64,000 nucleotides of DNA. It comes from an uncultured Acidobacteriota bacterium (lineage in GTDB: Bacteria; Acidobacteriota; Blastocatellia; RBC074). Each line of letters starts with the position of its first letter. Position 1 is the first letter of the stretch. A program made the position numbers and the translations under genes. Shown here piece after piece: positions 55,291 through 64,000 of this stretch. The notes beneath the pieces are model-generated. The model made no database searches, had not been told where the DNA came from, and saw only the letters and a list, made by a program, of their open reading frames with translations. The stretch spans positions 576,001 to 640,000 of the forward strand of contig CAWCKY010000004.1 in assembly GCA_963796275.1 (NCBI GenBank). Reading direction: 5' to 3'.

Positions 55291-56757
55291 TCATTTGCGC
55301 CGAATAATGTCTTTTACATCTTTTTCCGCAACAGCCGGGAATTTCTGCAATATCCCGCCATCCCCTACTAACTTCTCGATCTCATCCAATTCTGAGGGCA
55401 AAAACTCAGTGAAGTTCTCCACGCCTTTCTCGGTCACAACCACGACATCCTCGTACCGAATATAAAGACTCTCTTCGGGGACGCGCAGTTGCGGATCAAT
55501 TGAGAAAACCTGACCGGGTTTGAGCACATCGCGGGTATAGCCGCCGTCGTCGTGAACTGCCATCCCGACCGGGTGTGAAAAGACGCCGCCGCCTGTTTCG
55601 ACCAACCTGCGCGCCGCTTTTTCATAAACATCCCTGGTGAACTTCGTTCGTTTGAACACCTGCTCCATCGCTATCTTGGCCTCGTCCATGATCGTCTTCA
55701 CCGTTACGTCCGGGCGGATGCGCTCGATTATTGCATTTCGGTACTCCAGAACTACCTGAAGCAACTCGCGCTGTCCGGGCGAGAACTTACCGTTAACCGG
55801 CCACATGCGAGCTATATCGCTCGTGTAATAGCCGAAGTCCGGCGCATAATCCATTAACACGAGATCGCCCTCTTTCAATCTATCCAGGTTGCGATAGTAA
55901 TGCATATTCCAGATGTTGGCCGTTCCCGCAGCAGTTATCGATCGATATCCTTCCAGGCGCGCGCCATTGATCAGAAATATGTAACGGGCCACACCGTCGA
56001 GCTGATATTCATAGATACCCGGTTTCGTACTCTTGATAGCCTCCAGTATACCCATCCCGGCGAGTTGCGATGCCCGCCTGATGAGCGAGACCTCGCGCGG
56101 GCTTTTGACGCTACGCAGCTCGTCCAATATCGGCGTTAGATCGCGCATCTCCGCGCGCGGGAAACGTGTACGCAGGAGCTGAATGAAATGAGCCTCGCGC
56201 GATACCCTTCCATCCCAGAAATCGGACGCGATCGCGGCATTCGCGGCGAGCAGTTCTCCGCGACTCTGTTCAGCCCCCTCTGACGGTGAGTAGAGCAGAT
56301 AGACAGCAGCCGACGGGCGACCCAGCAGATTACGCATCCAGTCGTAAGTCATCGCCTCTGTGCTCAGAACATGGTCGGCACCAGTCAGCCGCTTCGCCAG
56401 TACGGCGTCCGCGGCCGAGAGAATCCGGCCCTCGGCTCTCTCCAATGCCTCGTCGCGCGGCGGGAGAAAGAGGGTCATCTTGCGATTTCGACCATCAAGG
56501 ATCAGATAGGAATGAGGCGTTTCGATACCGCAGAGATAGTAGAATTCGTTCGTTTGTCGGGGATAGCTGAACCCAAGAGCTTGGGGCGCCCCCTGCACAA
56601 TCGCGATGGAGCGATCGCCCATCTTCTCGAAAACCTTCTGCCAGCGCGCCTTGAACTCCTCGGGCGGAAAATGCGATTGGTAATAGGGTTCCGCCGTCTG
56701 ACCGAATATCAGAGTTGAGAGCAATACGGGAAAAATCCCCCAGCTACATTTCCTCAT
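55291..56757 (-). CDS. Xaa-Pro aminopeptidase (M24B), secreted
   Basis: RQTNEFYYLCGIE, LRSVKSPRE, GDLVLMD, YTSDIARMWP, HPVGMAVHD, IRYEDVVVVT. Confidence 0.88.
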   Translation of the reverse strand: MRKCSWGIFPVLLSTLIFGQTAEPYYQSHFPPEEFKARWQKVFEKMGDRSIAIVQGAPQALGFSYPRQTNEFYYLCGIETPHSYLILDGRNRKMTLFLPPRDEALERAEGRILSAADAVLAKRLTGADHVLSTEAMTYDWMRNLLGRPSAAVYLLYSPSEGAEQSRGELLAANAAIASDFWDGRVSREAHFIQLLRTRFPRAEMRDLTPILDELRSVKSPREVSLIRRASQLAGMGILEAIKSTKPGIYEYQLDGVARYIFLINGARLEGYRSITAAGTANIWNMHYYRNLDRLKEGDLVLMDYAPDFGYYTSDIARMWPVNGKFSPGQRELLQVVLEYRNAIIERIRPDVTVKTIMDEAKIAMEQVFKRTKFTRDVYEKAARRLVETGGGVFSHPVGMAVHDDGGYTRDVLKPGQVFSIDPQLRVPEESLYIRYEDVVVVTEKGVENFTEFLPSELDEIEKLVGDGGILQKFPAVAEKDVKDIIRRK

Positions 56758-56977
56758 TTTGAATCCTCTGTGACCGGCTGAATTAGAACAGTTGTAAAGC
56801 CATCTACTTTTTCCCAGGAAACCTAAACTACAAAACGCGCAAATCGCGCAATACAAGAATACCGGGAACTCCCTCAGTTCATAGAAGAATGCGAGATCAT
56901 GCATACTCGACCCTGTTTATCGGGTTCTCCCGTAGAACGATCATTTACTCACCCGCCGCCCAGGATTGATATGCTGC

Positions 56978-57026
56978 CCGCCTGAAGGCGGAGCTCCGAG
57001 CATTTTGTAGTTCCGTGTTTACGCGG
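56978..57026. repeat. Degenerate REP-like pair of a third family
   Basis: Palindrome CCGCCTGAAGGCGG followed by AGCTCC, then an inverted decayed copy GTAGTTCCGTGTTTACGCGG. Confidence 0.45.
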
Positions 57027-57048
57027 TCTTCATTATCGTGAAAAATAA

Positions 57049-58707
57049 TTACTTCCCGGTTGAACCCTGCCCGTTCGCCGCCGTCTTGAGCCGCTCCTGT
57101 TTCTGCTTCTGGACCATACGCGCGACATCGGCCAGGAGCTTCTTCGTGTCGTAAACGATCCCGTCCTTTATCGTCCATTTGACGCCGCCGACCCATTCCC
57201 CCTTACCAGTCGCGTCGTTGAGTTTGAGCGCGCCCGTCCCATAAAGCACCTTGAGATTCTCGAGCGGGTTCCGGTCGACGATAACCAGGTCGGCGAGCAG
57301 CCCCGCCCTCACGACGCCGAATTCGATCGGCTTTCTTTTCGGCTCGTGCAGCGTCAGCGCCGGATTCATCGTGGTCGCCTGAAGTACCTCCAGCGGGTGG
57401 AACCCTGCCTCCTGTAAGAGTTCGAGCTCGTGGATGTGGCCGAATCCATAAGTGTTATAGATGAAAGCCGCATCTTCGCTGGCTGTGACGCGACCGCCCA
57501 TCTTCTTGTAGTCGTTCAGCAAACGAAACCATACCTGATAGAAGTTCCGCCACGCGATCTCCTCCGCCGTGGTCCAGTAAAACCAGTAGGATCCGTGGTT
57601 GGTCCGGCTCGGCTCGTAGAAATCCATAAGCGATGGCAGTGTGTATCTGTCGTGCCAGTCGGCATTGCGCATACGCATCAAGTCGCGGCTCGCGGCGTAT
57701 GCGGTCATCGTCGGGTCGAACGTCGTACCGAGTTTGAGATGCGCTTTGAGATATTCATTCCATTCGGGGCTGCCGGGTTGGTGAATCTTGTCCCACAACC
57801 GCGCCACCTGGCCGAAACGCATCTGCTCGTCGTTGTTGATCTGGTCTACCGGCCATGGTTGCACCACGTAATCCTTGAGCAGCGCCTCGAAATGGCCATA
57901 GAAGTGGGTGACGGTGCCGAGCCCCAACTCGGCCGCCTTGAGCGCGTTCATTTGCGCGACCCCCGTCTGTCCGAGATGCGCCGTCGAGCCCATGCCATGT
58001 TTTTTGGCTTCATCGAGCAGCGCAGCCATTATCTCGGGACGGTGTGATCCCAGCTTCAATCCATCAACTCCATTGGTGGCGGCCCACTGAACCCACGCGC
58101 GCGCGGATGCGGGAGAATCTACCCGGCCTTTGTCCCAGCCGCTTCCCGGGCGCTGGTAGTTGAATATCCTGGGAGCGACGATCTCATTGCGCGCGCTTCG
58201 CTCCTTCTCCTTGACCGCGATCTGGTTCGAACTGAGCGGGACACCACGAACCGTCGTGATGCCATGCGCCAGCCAGAGCTTGTATGGGTATTCCGCATCG
58301 GGATTTTTCGGCCCGCCACCGGCGTGGACATGGAGGTCGACCAGCCCCGGCAAAACATACATTCCGGTCGCGTCAATTTCGAGGTCCGGATTCTGCGGCT
58401 CCCGATTCGTCTTAAGCGGTACGCCCGGCGTTCCGGCGCTGCGGACCGCATCGATGCGATTGTTCACAATGACGATGTCAACCGGCCCCTGGGGAGGCGC
58501 TCCCGTTCCGTCAATCAGGATGGCGCCGCGAATAACCAGAGTCTTGAACGGTCCGCGACCTTCGTCCGAACCGCGGTTCGGCGCGGCGTTTAACTGCGGA
58601 GGCGCCGGCGGATCCTGACCGATCGCATTTGTCTCGGGTAACGAACTGAGCGCAAGCGCAAAGACGCTCGCAACTATCAGAAGAGTGATAGGCCGTTTTC
58701 CTGGCAT
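57049..58707 (-). CDS. Amidohydrolase-family metal-dependent hydrolase, secreted
   Basis: IRGAILIDGTG, VLPGLVDLHVH, HGITTVR, HELELL, GLLADLVIVDRNPL. Confidence 0.9.
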   Translation of the reverse strand: MPGKRPITLLIVASVFALALSSLPETNAIGQDPPAPPQLNAAPNRGSDEGRGPFKTLVIRGAILIDGTGAPPQGPVDIVIVNNRIDAVRSAGTPGVPLKTNREPQNPDLEIDATGMYVLPGLVDLHVHAGGGPKNPDAEYPYKLWLAHGITTVRGVPLSSNQIAVKEKERSARNEIVAPRIFNYQRPGSGWDKGRVDSPASARAWVQWAATNGVDGLKLGSHRPEIMAALLDEAKKHGMGSTAHLGQTGVAQMNALKAAELGLGTVTHFYGHFEALLKDYVVQPWPVDQINNDEQMRFGQVARLWDKIHQPGSPEWNEYLKAHLKLGTTFDPTMTAYAASRDLMRMRNADWHDRYTLPSLMDFYEPSRTNHGSYWFYWTTAEEIAWRNFYQVWFRLLNDYKKMGGRVTASEDAAFIYNTYGFGHIHELELLQEAGFHPLEVLQATTMNPALTLHEPKRKPIEFGVVRAGLLADLVIVDRNPLENLKVLYGTGALKLNDATGKGEWVGGVKWTIKDGIVYDTKKLLADVARMVQKQKQERLKTAANGQGSTGK

Positions 58708-59159
58708 ATATATGAACCTCCGGGTTGATTTGTTTTTTGGTGAATTGCCATCGCGACGAACCGAAACACTTTCGCCACAAGTAGTGCATCTGATGACACG
58801 GTATGTCTTGTACGAACAAAGAATTTTTGTATCAGCTTAGTGTTGTTTGATTGATGGTACTGATCGCTGATAATGATGTTCGCAGTGAGAAACTTAGCAG
58901 CGGGCGGCGGTCAAATCAATCTCATTCAAGGCAAATCTGCATCTAGGGAAAATCCCTATCGATTCTTCGCATAATCCTAATTGCTTAGAAATCACTATCT
59001 ATGAAACAATTCTATTGTCACTGGTAAAACGTCATTCATTATAGATTTGCTAAAGTTGTTCTCCGGCTGCTTGAGATGGCTCATAACCCGAGGAATAATT
59101 TATATCCAGTGCTATCCCCCGATCCCTGAAATCATTCATCATTTTTTTAGTGAGAGAAT

Positions 59160-59558
59160 GATAGAAGCGAATTCCGGCGCGAATTCGTTGCGGGGCGTGA
59201 GCGCAGGCTGTTGCAGCAGTCCGACCGTGTTAGGTTTTTGGTCCACGGCGACGGTTTCTTGCAGCAACCTCCCCCCTGGCTGACGCACCTGGAATACGGA
59301 AACGCGCCGGATACCATGTTTTATTGCGGATAACTCCCATTAGCCGGTGAATCAATCGTTGTTGGTAATGCACCTCCATACATTACCGCGGCACCTGGAC
59401 CCCTGGGCCATTGTTCCCTCCGGATCCTAAATGGCCCAGGACTCCCAATGGTCAGAAAATTTGCAAGGACAGTCCTCCCAACTGGTATCTGTCATGCATT
59501 TGATTCACCGGCTAATCCTCTTCCTCGACACTGGCTGAAAACGGTTGAGGTATCGAGA
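59160..59558 (-). ncRNA. Candidate structured non-coding RNA (unassigned)
   Basis: Perfect 17 bp helix 59339-59355/59500-59516 enclosing hairpins, a 5' hairpin 59524-59557, a long 3' hairpin 59173-59311, and repeated GGAG motifs on the minus strand. Confidence 0.5.
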
Positions 59559-59568
59559 CGAGAGACTA

Positions 59569-59584
59569 TTCACTCCGTATGCCA
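59569..59584 (-). promoter_or_regulatory. sigma54-like promoter (non-consensus -12)
   Basis: TGGCATACGGAGTGAA versus TGGCACG-N4-TTGCW; predicted +1 near 59558 coincides with the first hairpin. Confidence 0.4.
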
Positions 59585-59628
59585 GACTGGGGACGCTGCC
59601 AAACATTGAGGCTGCTGTTCGGGTTTTA

Positions 59629-60246
59629 TCAAAATGCCACTTTGATCACGTGAGCCACTTTTTTGCCCGCATCCTCAGTGTAGTGCACAGTAACATTTCC
59701 TCCTTCTTTAACGGCTTTGCCGGCAGCTTCTGATCCTGCAGCGACACCTTTACCTGTATCCACGACAGTATCCTTAGAGAGGTGGTAAACCTCTTCCGAT
59801 CCATCGGCTGTTTTCACAGCGACCGTGTGTCCGGCCTTATCTACCTTGGTAATTGTGCCTGAGGCAACCTTGGGAGCCTCCGAACCGAGATATTTGAAGC
59901 TGTCAGCCGTCTTTTCTGTGCCTTTTTCCGTGTAGTGAATGACGAATTGCGATCCCTCCTTTCCGGCGAGGGCAGCCATCTTAGCCCCACCCTCGACGCC
60001 TTGGACGGTCGTTTTTTCGCTTACTTTGAAAACCTCTTCGGTCCCATCTGACAGCTTAACCACCGCCGTCTTACTTGCGGCATCGAATTTCTTGAGTTCC
60101 CCGACGACAACGTTCTTCGCGAAGTGATTTACATTCAGGGGACCTGATGTGGCGCCCGAAGGGTGCGCCGCAATAATCGATAGGGCACAAGAGAACAGCA
60201 TTACACGAACTATTTTGAAAATAGGTCGCTCCATAATTTTAGTCAT
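59629..60246 (-). CDS. Secreted hypothetical protein with two tandem OB-fold-like repeats
   Basis: Signal peptide; duplicated unit G.(L/I).K.D.A..T.(V/A)VK..DG.EEV(F/Y)..S..T.V...HYTE; AAGGAGG RBS. Confidence 0.75.
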   Translation of the reverse strand: MTKIMERPIFKIVRVMLFSCALSIIAAHPSGATSGPLNVNHFAKNVVVGELKKFDAASKTAVVKLSDGTEEVFKVSEKTTVQGVEGGAKMAALAGKEGSQFVIHYTEKGTEKTADSFKYLGSEAPKVASGTITKVDKAGHTVAVKTADGSEEVYHLSKDTVVDTGKGVAAGSEAAGKAVKEGGNVTVHYTEDAGKKVAHVIKVAF

Positions 60247-60342
60247 AATCCCTCCTTAATTTCCTCCTGAAAAATTAGAGCAGGTTCTCTCCTGCCCTGC
60301 TTCCCCAACTTGAACAGGCTAGAAAACCTGCCCCAAACATGT

Positions 60343-62055
60343 TTATTTCAAAATCAAAACTGCCATCTTGCCATCCGTTTCCAACCTGTCGCCGGTTGCA
60401 TTCATACTTTCTCTGGGCGCAGCGGGCCGATCGACCAAGGCATGGTCCTTAACGAGACCAGTGAAGAACAGATCATTGACTACCTTGGCCCGCTCCCGGT
60501 CGATCTTCGGGTCGATCCGATGAATCCAAGATGTACCTTCACGATGGACAGCGATTCCGATATCGTGAGTAGCTGCTGCCACCCAGACATCCTGCCCCTG
60601 GTAACTCTGCGGGCGTTTCCAGATGCGTATGTGATGCCGTTTAGCGAAAGTGTCATTCTGCTTCTGGAAAACCAGGTCAGGGCTCCGCCCGTCCAGCAAT
60701 AGCAAAGACATGGGACCGCTTTTATAACCTTTATCCTCCGCCACCGCCGCAAATGTCTTGATGCCGGAGATCAGACTCAGTTTCACCGGATCCTCCCAAC
60801 CGGCCTGATTAAAGGCACCTTCAATCTTTTCGCGGGTTCCGATAAACATCAGGTTGGTCAAATCTGACGGGACGTTACTCGATGTCTTCGTCTGCATCGG
60901 CTCTGCGTCCACCAGTTCGATCAGTTGGGGAGAAGGGTTGAACGATGGCCAGGGTTTCCCTCCGATCTCCGCCAACTTCGCAGGCGCGAGAACGGAAAGT
61001 CGCATCTCTACACCGGGGCCGTAGTCGATATCCCTTTTGTACTCTTTATCGCGAGCGAAAGCTCCCGCCTGAAATGCGTAGGCCAGTATTGGATTGGCCA
61101 GAGTTATCATCTTCGCACCCCAGGTGAACTTTGAGCCATTCGGATGGGCTATGCCGATAATGCGCCCTCCCTCAACCGTCTCTTTGGCGTTATCCACATC
61201 GACCAGCCTGGTCACGATCCGAGTTCTGGCGCCATCTGGATAAACCAGGTAGGGAAAATCGATAATCAGTTGCGCCCGCCGGTAATCGTTATAGGCTTTC
61301 AGCGCTAAAATCACGGTCCCGTGAACAATGGTTCCCGGCGCGATTACGACACGATCGCCGATCTTGACCGGCTCAATAATCACCGCATCGACCGGATCAC
61401 CGCCTCGCGATACATGACTCCCCACCTGGTTAACCAGCCGAATATTAAGCTCGGTGCCGGCCGGCAGATCGAAAGATAACTCAGAGCGAATTTTGCCGAG
61501 GTCGCCGGCTAATGATGCGGTTGATAACTGATGCACGAAGGAATCGAGCAGTTCGTTCTCATCCTTGCCGGCTCCGTTGCGGGCACTATTATCCAAAAGT
61601 AAAAAGAGAATCTCGTCATTTGGAGAGACTTCCTGGAAATCCAGGGCGGTGTTGCCGTATTCGTCTTCCCTGTTGATCGTTACGCCCCGCGAGATCAGCA
61701 GATCCGCCAGATCGAGATACGCTCGCACGAGCTTGCGATCCTGAGCATACATTGCACCTATAACCGTCCAATGCAGTGCTGTGCGGCCACGCGCATCTGT
61801 CGCATTCACCCGGGCGCCTTCCGCAAGTAGTTGTTTGGCCTGGTCCAGGTGATGCAACGAATCTTTGCTCTTCTCTTGGCGAGAGGCCTGATAGATCGCA
61901 TCAAGCAGAGGATCGACCTCTCCCCCGCTGCGAGTCCCTGCCGTAGCATCCTGCGCCAGTTGATTGTTGCGCGCTCGCACCCGCTGATTGGCTAAAAATA
62001 CGCCACTAGACACTACAAGTAATATGATTAGTGACCCAACCATCTTTCTGTCCAT
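60343..62055 (-). CDS. Ankyrin-repeat + LssY C-terminal domain protein, exported
   Basis: VNATDARGRTALHW and INREDEYGNTALD ankyrin repeats; SDLTNLMFIG, KRHHIRIW, WVAAATHDIG, HRIDPKIDRER (LssY_C-like). Confidence 0.8.
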   Translation of the reverse strand: MDRKMVGSLIILLVVSSGVFLANQRVRARNNQLAQDATAGTRSGGEVDPLLDAIYQASRQEKSKDSLHHLDQAKQLLAEGARVNATDARGRTALHWTVIGAMYAQDRKLVRAYLDLADLLISRGVTINREDEYGNTALDFQEVSPNDEILFLLLDNSARNGAGKDENELLDSFVHQLSTASLAGDLGKIRSELSFDLPAGTELNIRLVNQVGSHVSRGGDPVDAVIIEPVKIGDRVVIAPGTIVHGTVILALKAYNDYRRAQLIIDFPYLVYPDGARTRIVTRLVDVDNAKETVEGGRIIGIAHPNGSKFTWGAKMITLANPILAYAFQAGAFARDKEYKRDIDYGPGVEMRLSVLAPAKLAEIGGKPWPSFNPSPQLIELVDAEPMQTKTSSNVPSDLTNLMFIGTREKIEGAFNQAGWEDPVKLSLISGIKTFAAVAEDKGYKSGPMSLLLLDGRSPDLVFQKQNDTFAKRHHIRIWKRPQSYQGQDVWVAAATHDIGIAVHREGTSWIHRIDPKIDRERAKVVNDLFFTGLVKDHALVDRPAAPRESMNATGDRLETDGKMAVLILK

Positions 62056-62092
62056 AACTCCTCTTCGGCAGAGATTTATCTCATAAAATATA

Positions 62093-62108
62093 TGCGAGCC
62101 TTATGCCA
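62093..62108 (-). promoter_or_regulatory. sigma54 (-24/-12) promoter
   Basis: TGGCATAAGGCTCGCA with exact GG-N10-GC spacing, about 38 nt upstream of ATG 62055. Confidence 0.7.
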
Positions 62109-62204
62109 GCATCTTCTCCGTCACCGTTCGTCACGCTAATATTGTGATAATTGAACTTAGATGATATATTGCAAAAAAAGTGCGGTGATCCGAGTTATTG
62201 CAAC

Positions 62205-62236
62205 CGTGAAATATCAAGAAACCTCGATATTTCACG
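62205..62236. promoter_or_regulatory. Palindrome, candidate enhancer (bEBP) binding site
   Basis: CGTGAAATATC-N10-GATATTTCACG, about 100-130 bp upstream of the sigma54 motif. Confidence 0.6.
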
Positions 62237-62447
62237 ACTCTCACCAATTGAGACAGAATAGATTGCTTGCCCCCTCTAAAGTTACCGAAGCATTTGCCAA
62301 AACAAATATTGTTATGGAAAAAAATAATATTAACGAATGATTCACTACCTTCCTTTTGAAATGTATCTGGCTATATAAGATATCTGCTGAGACGCATCGG
62401 TACTCGGTAAAGATCTGGTTCATCTGTAAACAACAAGGAGGAATTTC

Positions 62448-63005
62448 ATGACTCGACTGGAAAAAGCAACGAATGTGGCGATTATTGTCGCATGTCTGTT
62501 CCTGGTCGGAACGCTGGTGAGAAATTACTATCTCAGCCAGAACTCTGATGTATCCGCGTTGCCCGAAATTTCAAAAGGTACGGAGATCAAGTTGCCGACA
62601 ACGTCTTCCAGCGGCCAGCAGTCTTTGGTACCGACTCTGGTGTTTGCACTATCGAAGAGTTGCCATTTCTGCGAAGAGAGTGTGCCGTTTTATCAAAAAC
62701 TGACGGCATTCAAGAACTCCGCTCCGCAGGGGATACGGTTTGTGGTGGTAATGCCCGAAAAACAGGAGGAGGCGGAGGCCTATCTCAAAGGGAACGGGAT
62801 CGGGGTCGATGCGGTGGTCTCGATGCAGGTGTCGAATCTCGGCGTGCGAGGGACACCGACGCTGTTGCTGCTCGACGGGCAGAACAAGCTCGAGGAGATG
62901 TGGGTAGGGAAGATGAACGACGCGGGGGAGTCGCAGGTGATTGACCGGTTGAAGAAAGCATGTGGGAGTTGCTCACTTCCAGGGACTGCCGTCTCGGCAC
63001 AATAA
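62448..63005 (+). CDS. Membrane-anchored thioredoxin-fold protein (TlpA-like)
   Basis: N-terminal TM helix, CHFC, GVRGTPTLLLLD cis-Pro loop; AAGGAGG RBS. Confidence 0.8.
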   Translation: MTRLEKATNVAIIVACLFLVGTLVRNYYLSQNSDVSALPEISKGTEIKLPTTSSSGQQSLVPTLVFALSKSCHFCEESVPFYQKLTAFKNSAPQGIRFVVVMPEKQEEAEAYLKGNGIGVDAVVSMQVSNLGVRGTPTLLLLDGQNKLEEMWVGKMNDAGESQVIDRLKKACGSCSLPGTAVSAQ

Positions 63006-63073
63006 GTCAGAAAACAACTATAAAAATATAAACACCTTCCGCATTCACTTTTGATTTCCGGTTGTTGATTTCT

Positions 63074-64000
63074 CTATATAGTCCGGAGCATCAGCTTGAC
63101 GACGTGGCGGTTGAATCTGGTCGGGTCGGGGATGTCCGAACCTTCGGCCAGCAGCGAATAACCCAACAGCAATTCAGCATATTCTCCCAGAGCTTCGTCT
63201 TCATTATTTTGTTGGTAACGATCTAGCATCCTGGTGAATAAATCATGGTTGGGATTCAATTCGAGTACACGGCGCTGCATCGGTCCTCCGCCTTTTCCTT
63301 TCATCAAAAGGCGCTCGACTTGAGGGCTATGATCTATCTCAGCGCCAACGACCAGGCACGCGGGTGAAGAGACCAATCGCGTTGTGAGGCGCACTTGTTT
63401 GACGTGTTCATCGAGGGATTTTTGCAGCAATTGCAGAAATCCGGACGTCTCCTCTTCCTTTTGCTGAAGCGCTTCCTGAGTTTTTTTCTGCTCTTCCTCG
63501 CTCCCCAGCTTGATCGTTCCCTTCCCCAATGATTTGAGTTTCTTCCCCTCGAAGTCCATCAGCGACTGCACGAGCAATTCGTCGACCGGTTCTACCAGAT
63601 AGAGCACCTCGAAGCCCTTCTCCTTAACCGCTTCGAGATGCGGCGAGTTTTCAACAACACTTCGGGACTCTCCGGTGAGATAGTAGATATCAGTTTGCCC
63701 ATCTTTCATCCGTTCGACGTAATCTTTAAGCGTCGTCAATTGCATGGGATCGTTGGAGGATTGAAAGAGGAGGAGCGAGACGATTCGATCTCGATTGTCA
63801 TAATCTTCACCGACCCCTTCCTTGAGCGCCCGTCCGAATTGATCCCAAAATTTGAGATACCCCTCATATTCTTTCTCCTTCACCTCCAGCAGGGTATCCA
63901 GCACTTTCTTGGTGAGCCATTTCCGGATCTGGGCGATATGTCGATCCTGCTGCAGCATCTGGCGTGAGATATTGAGCGGCAGGTCGGCAGAATCGACCAC
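63074..64000 (-). CDS. htpG: Hsp90 chaperone HtpG, 3' part (5' end outside the window)
   Basis: VDSADLPLNISRQMLQ, LKEG, YVERMK..Q..IYY, NSPHLE, RLVSSPACLV, LELNPNH. Confidence 0.96.
   Translation of the reverse strand: MVDSADLPLNISRQMLQQDRHIAQIRKWLTKKVLDTLLEVKEKEYEGYLKFWDQFGRALKEGVGEDYDNRDRIVSLLLFQSSNDPMQLTTLKDYVERMKDGQTDIYYLTGESRSVVENSPHLEAVKEKGFEVLYLVEPVDELLVQSLMDFEGKKLKSLGKGTIKLGSEEEQKKTQEALQQKEEETSGFLQLLQKSLDEHVKQVRLTTRLVSSPACLVVGAEIDHSPQVERLLMKGKGGGPMQRRVLELNPNHDLFTRMLDRYQQNNEDEALGEYAELLLGYSLLAEGSDIPDPTRFNRHVVKLMLRTI

Noticed and set aside
59173-59311. 6S RNA or SRP RNA
   Set aside because: No SRP helix-8 motif is seen. The hairpin is shorter than typical 6S RNA and embedded in a larger structure, so it cannot be assigned without a covariance search.
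59147-59317. 56-codon Cys-rich minus-strand ORF (MVSGAFPYSRC...)
   Set aside because: It overlaps the RNA hairpin, its paired CC motifs come from the inverted repeat, and the RBS spacing is poor.
59339-59516. Retron msr-msd (a1/a2 inverted repeats)
   Set aside because: No reverse transcriptase is recognisable in the window, and the neighbours are not retron effectors.

Overview
This 64 kb window is moderately GC-rich bacterial DNA. Gene content (Oar-type TonB-dependent receptors, DUF1501/DUF1553 pairs, TPR-CHAT plus ECF sigma, LssY-C) points to Acidobacteriota, probably Blastocatellia; this is an inference. It carries two NarX-type sensor kinases and a NarL-type regulator, an ArsR/Zn-ribbon/malic enzyme operon, GH31 and BNR-repeat hydrolases, four TonB-dependent receptors, several peptidases and the 3' part of htpG. 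The most notable structures are: (i) an HUH/Y1 (RAYT-like) transposase at the centre of a GTAG-type REP palindrome whose two ends are amplified into different tandem arrays (4 x 180 bp on the left, about 14 x 73-75 bp alternating units on the right), with a gene-less copy of the same element at 13.8 kb; (ii) a second, unrelated RAYT with its own repeats; (iii) a clostripain + TPR-CHAT + anti-sigma + ECF sigma cassette with no CRISPR genes; (iv) a roughly 400 nt highly structured, GGAG-rich candidate ncRNA behind a sigma54-like promoter; (v) a family of heptamer-repeat hairpin elements. Five genes are each split by one extra base, most likely sequencing error. I recognised no rRNA, tRNA or true CRISPR array.
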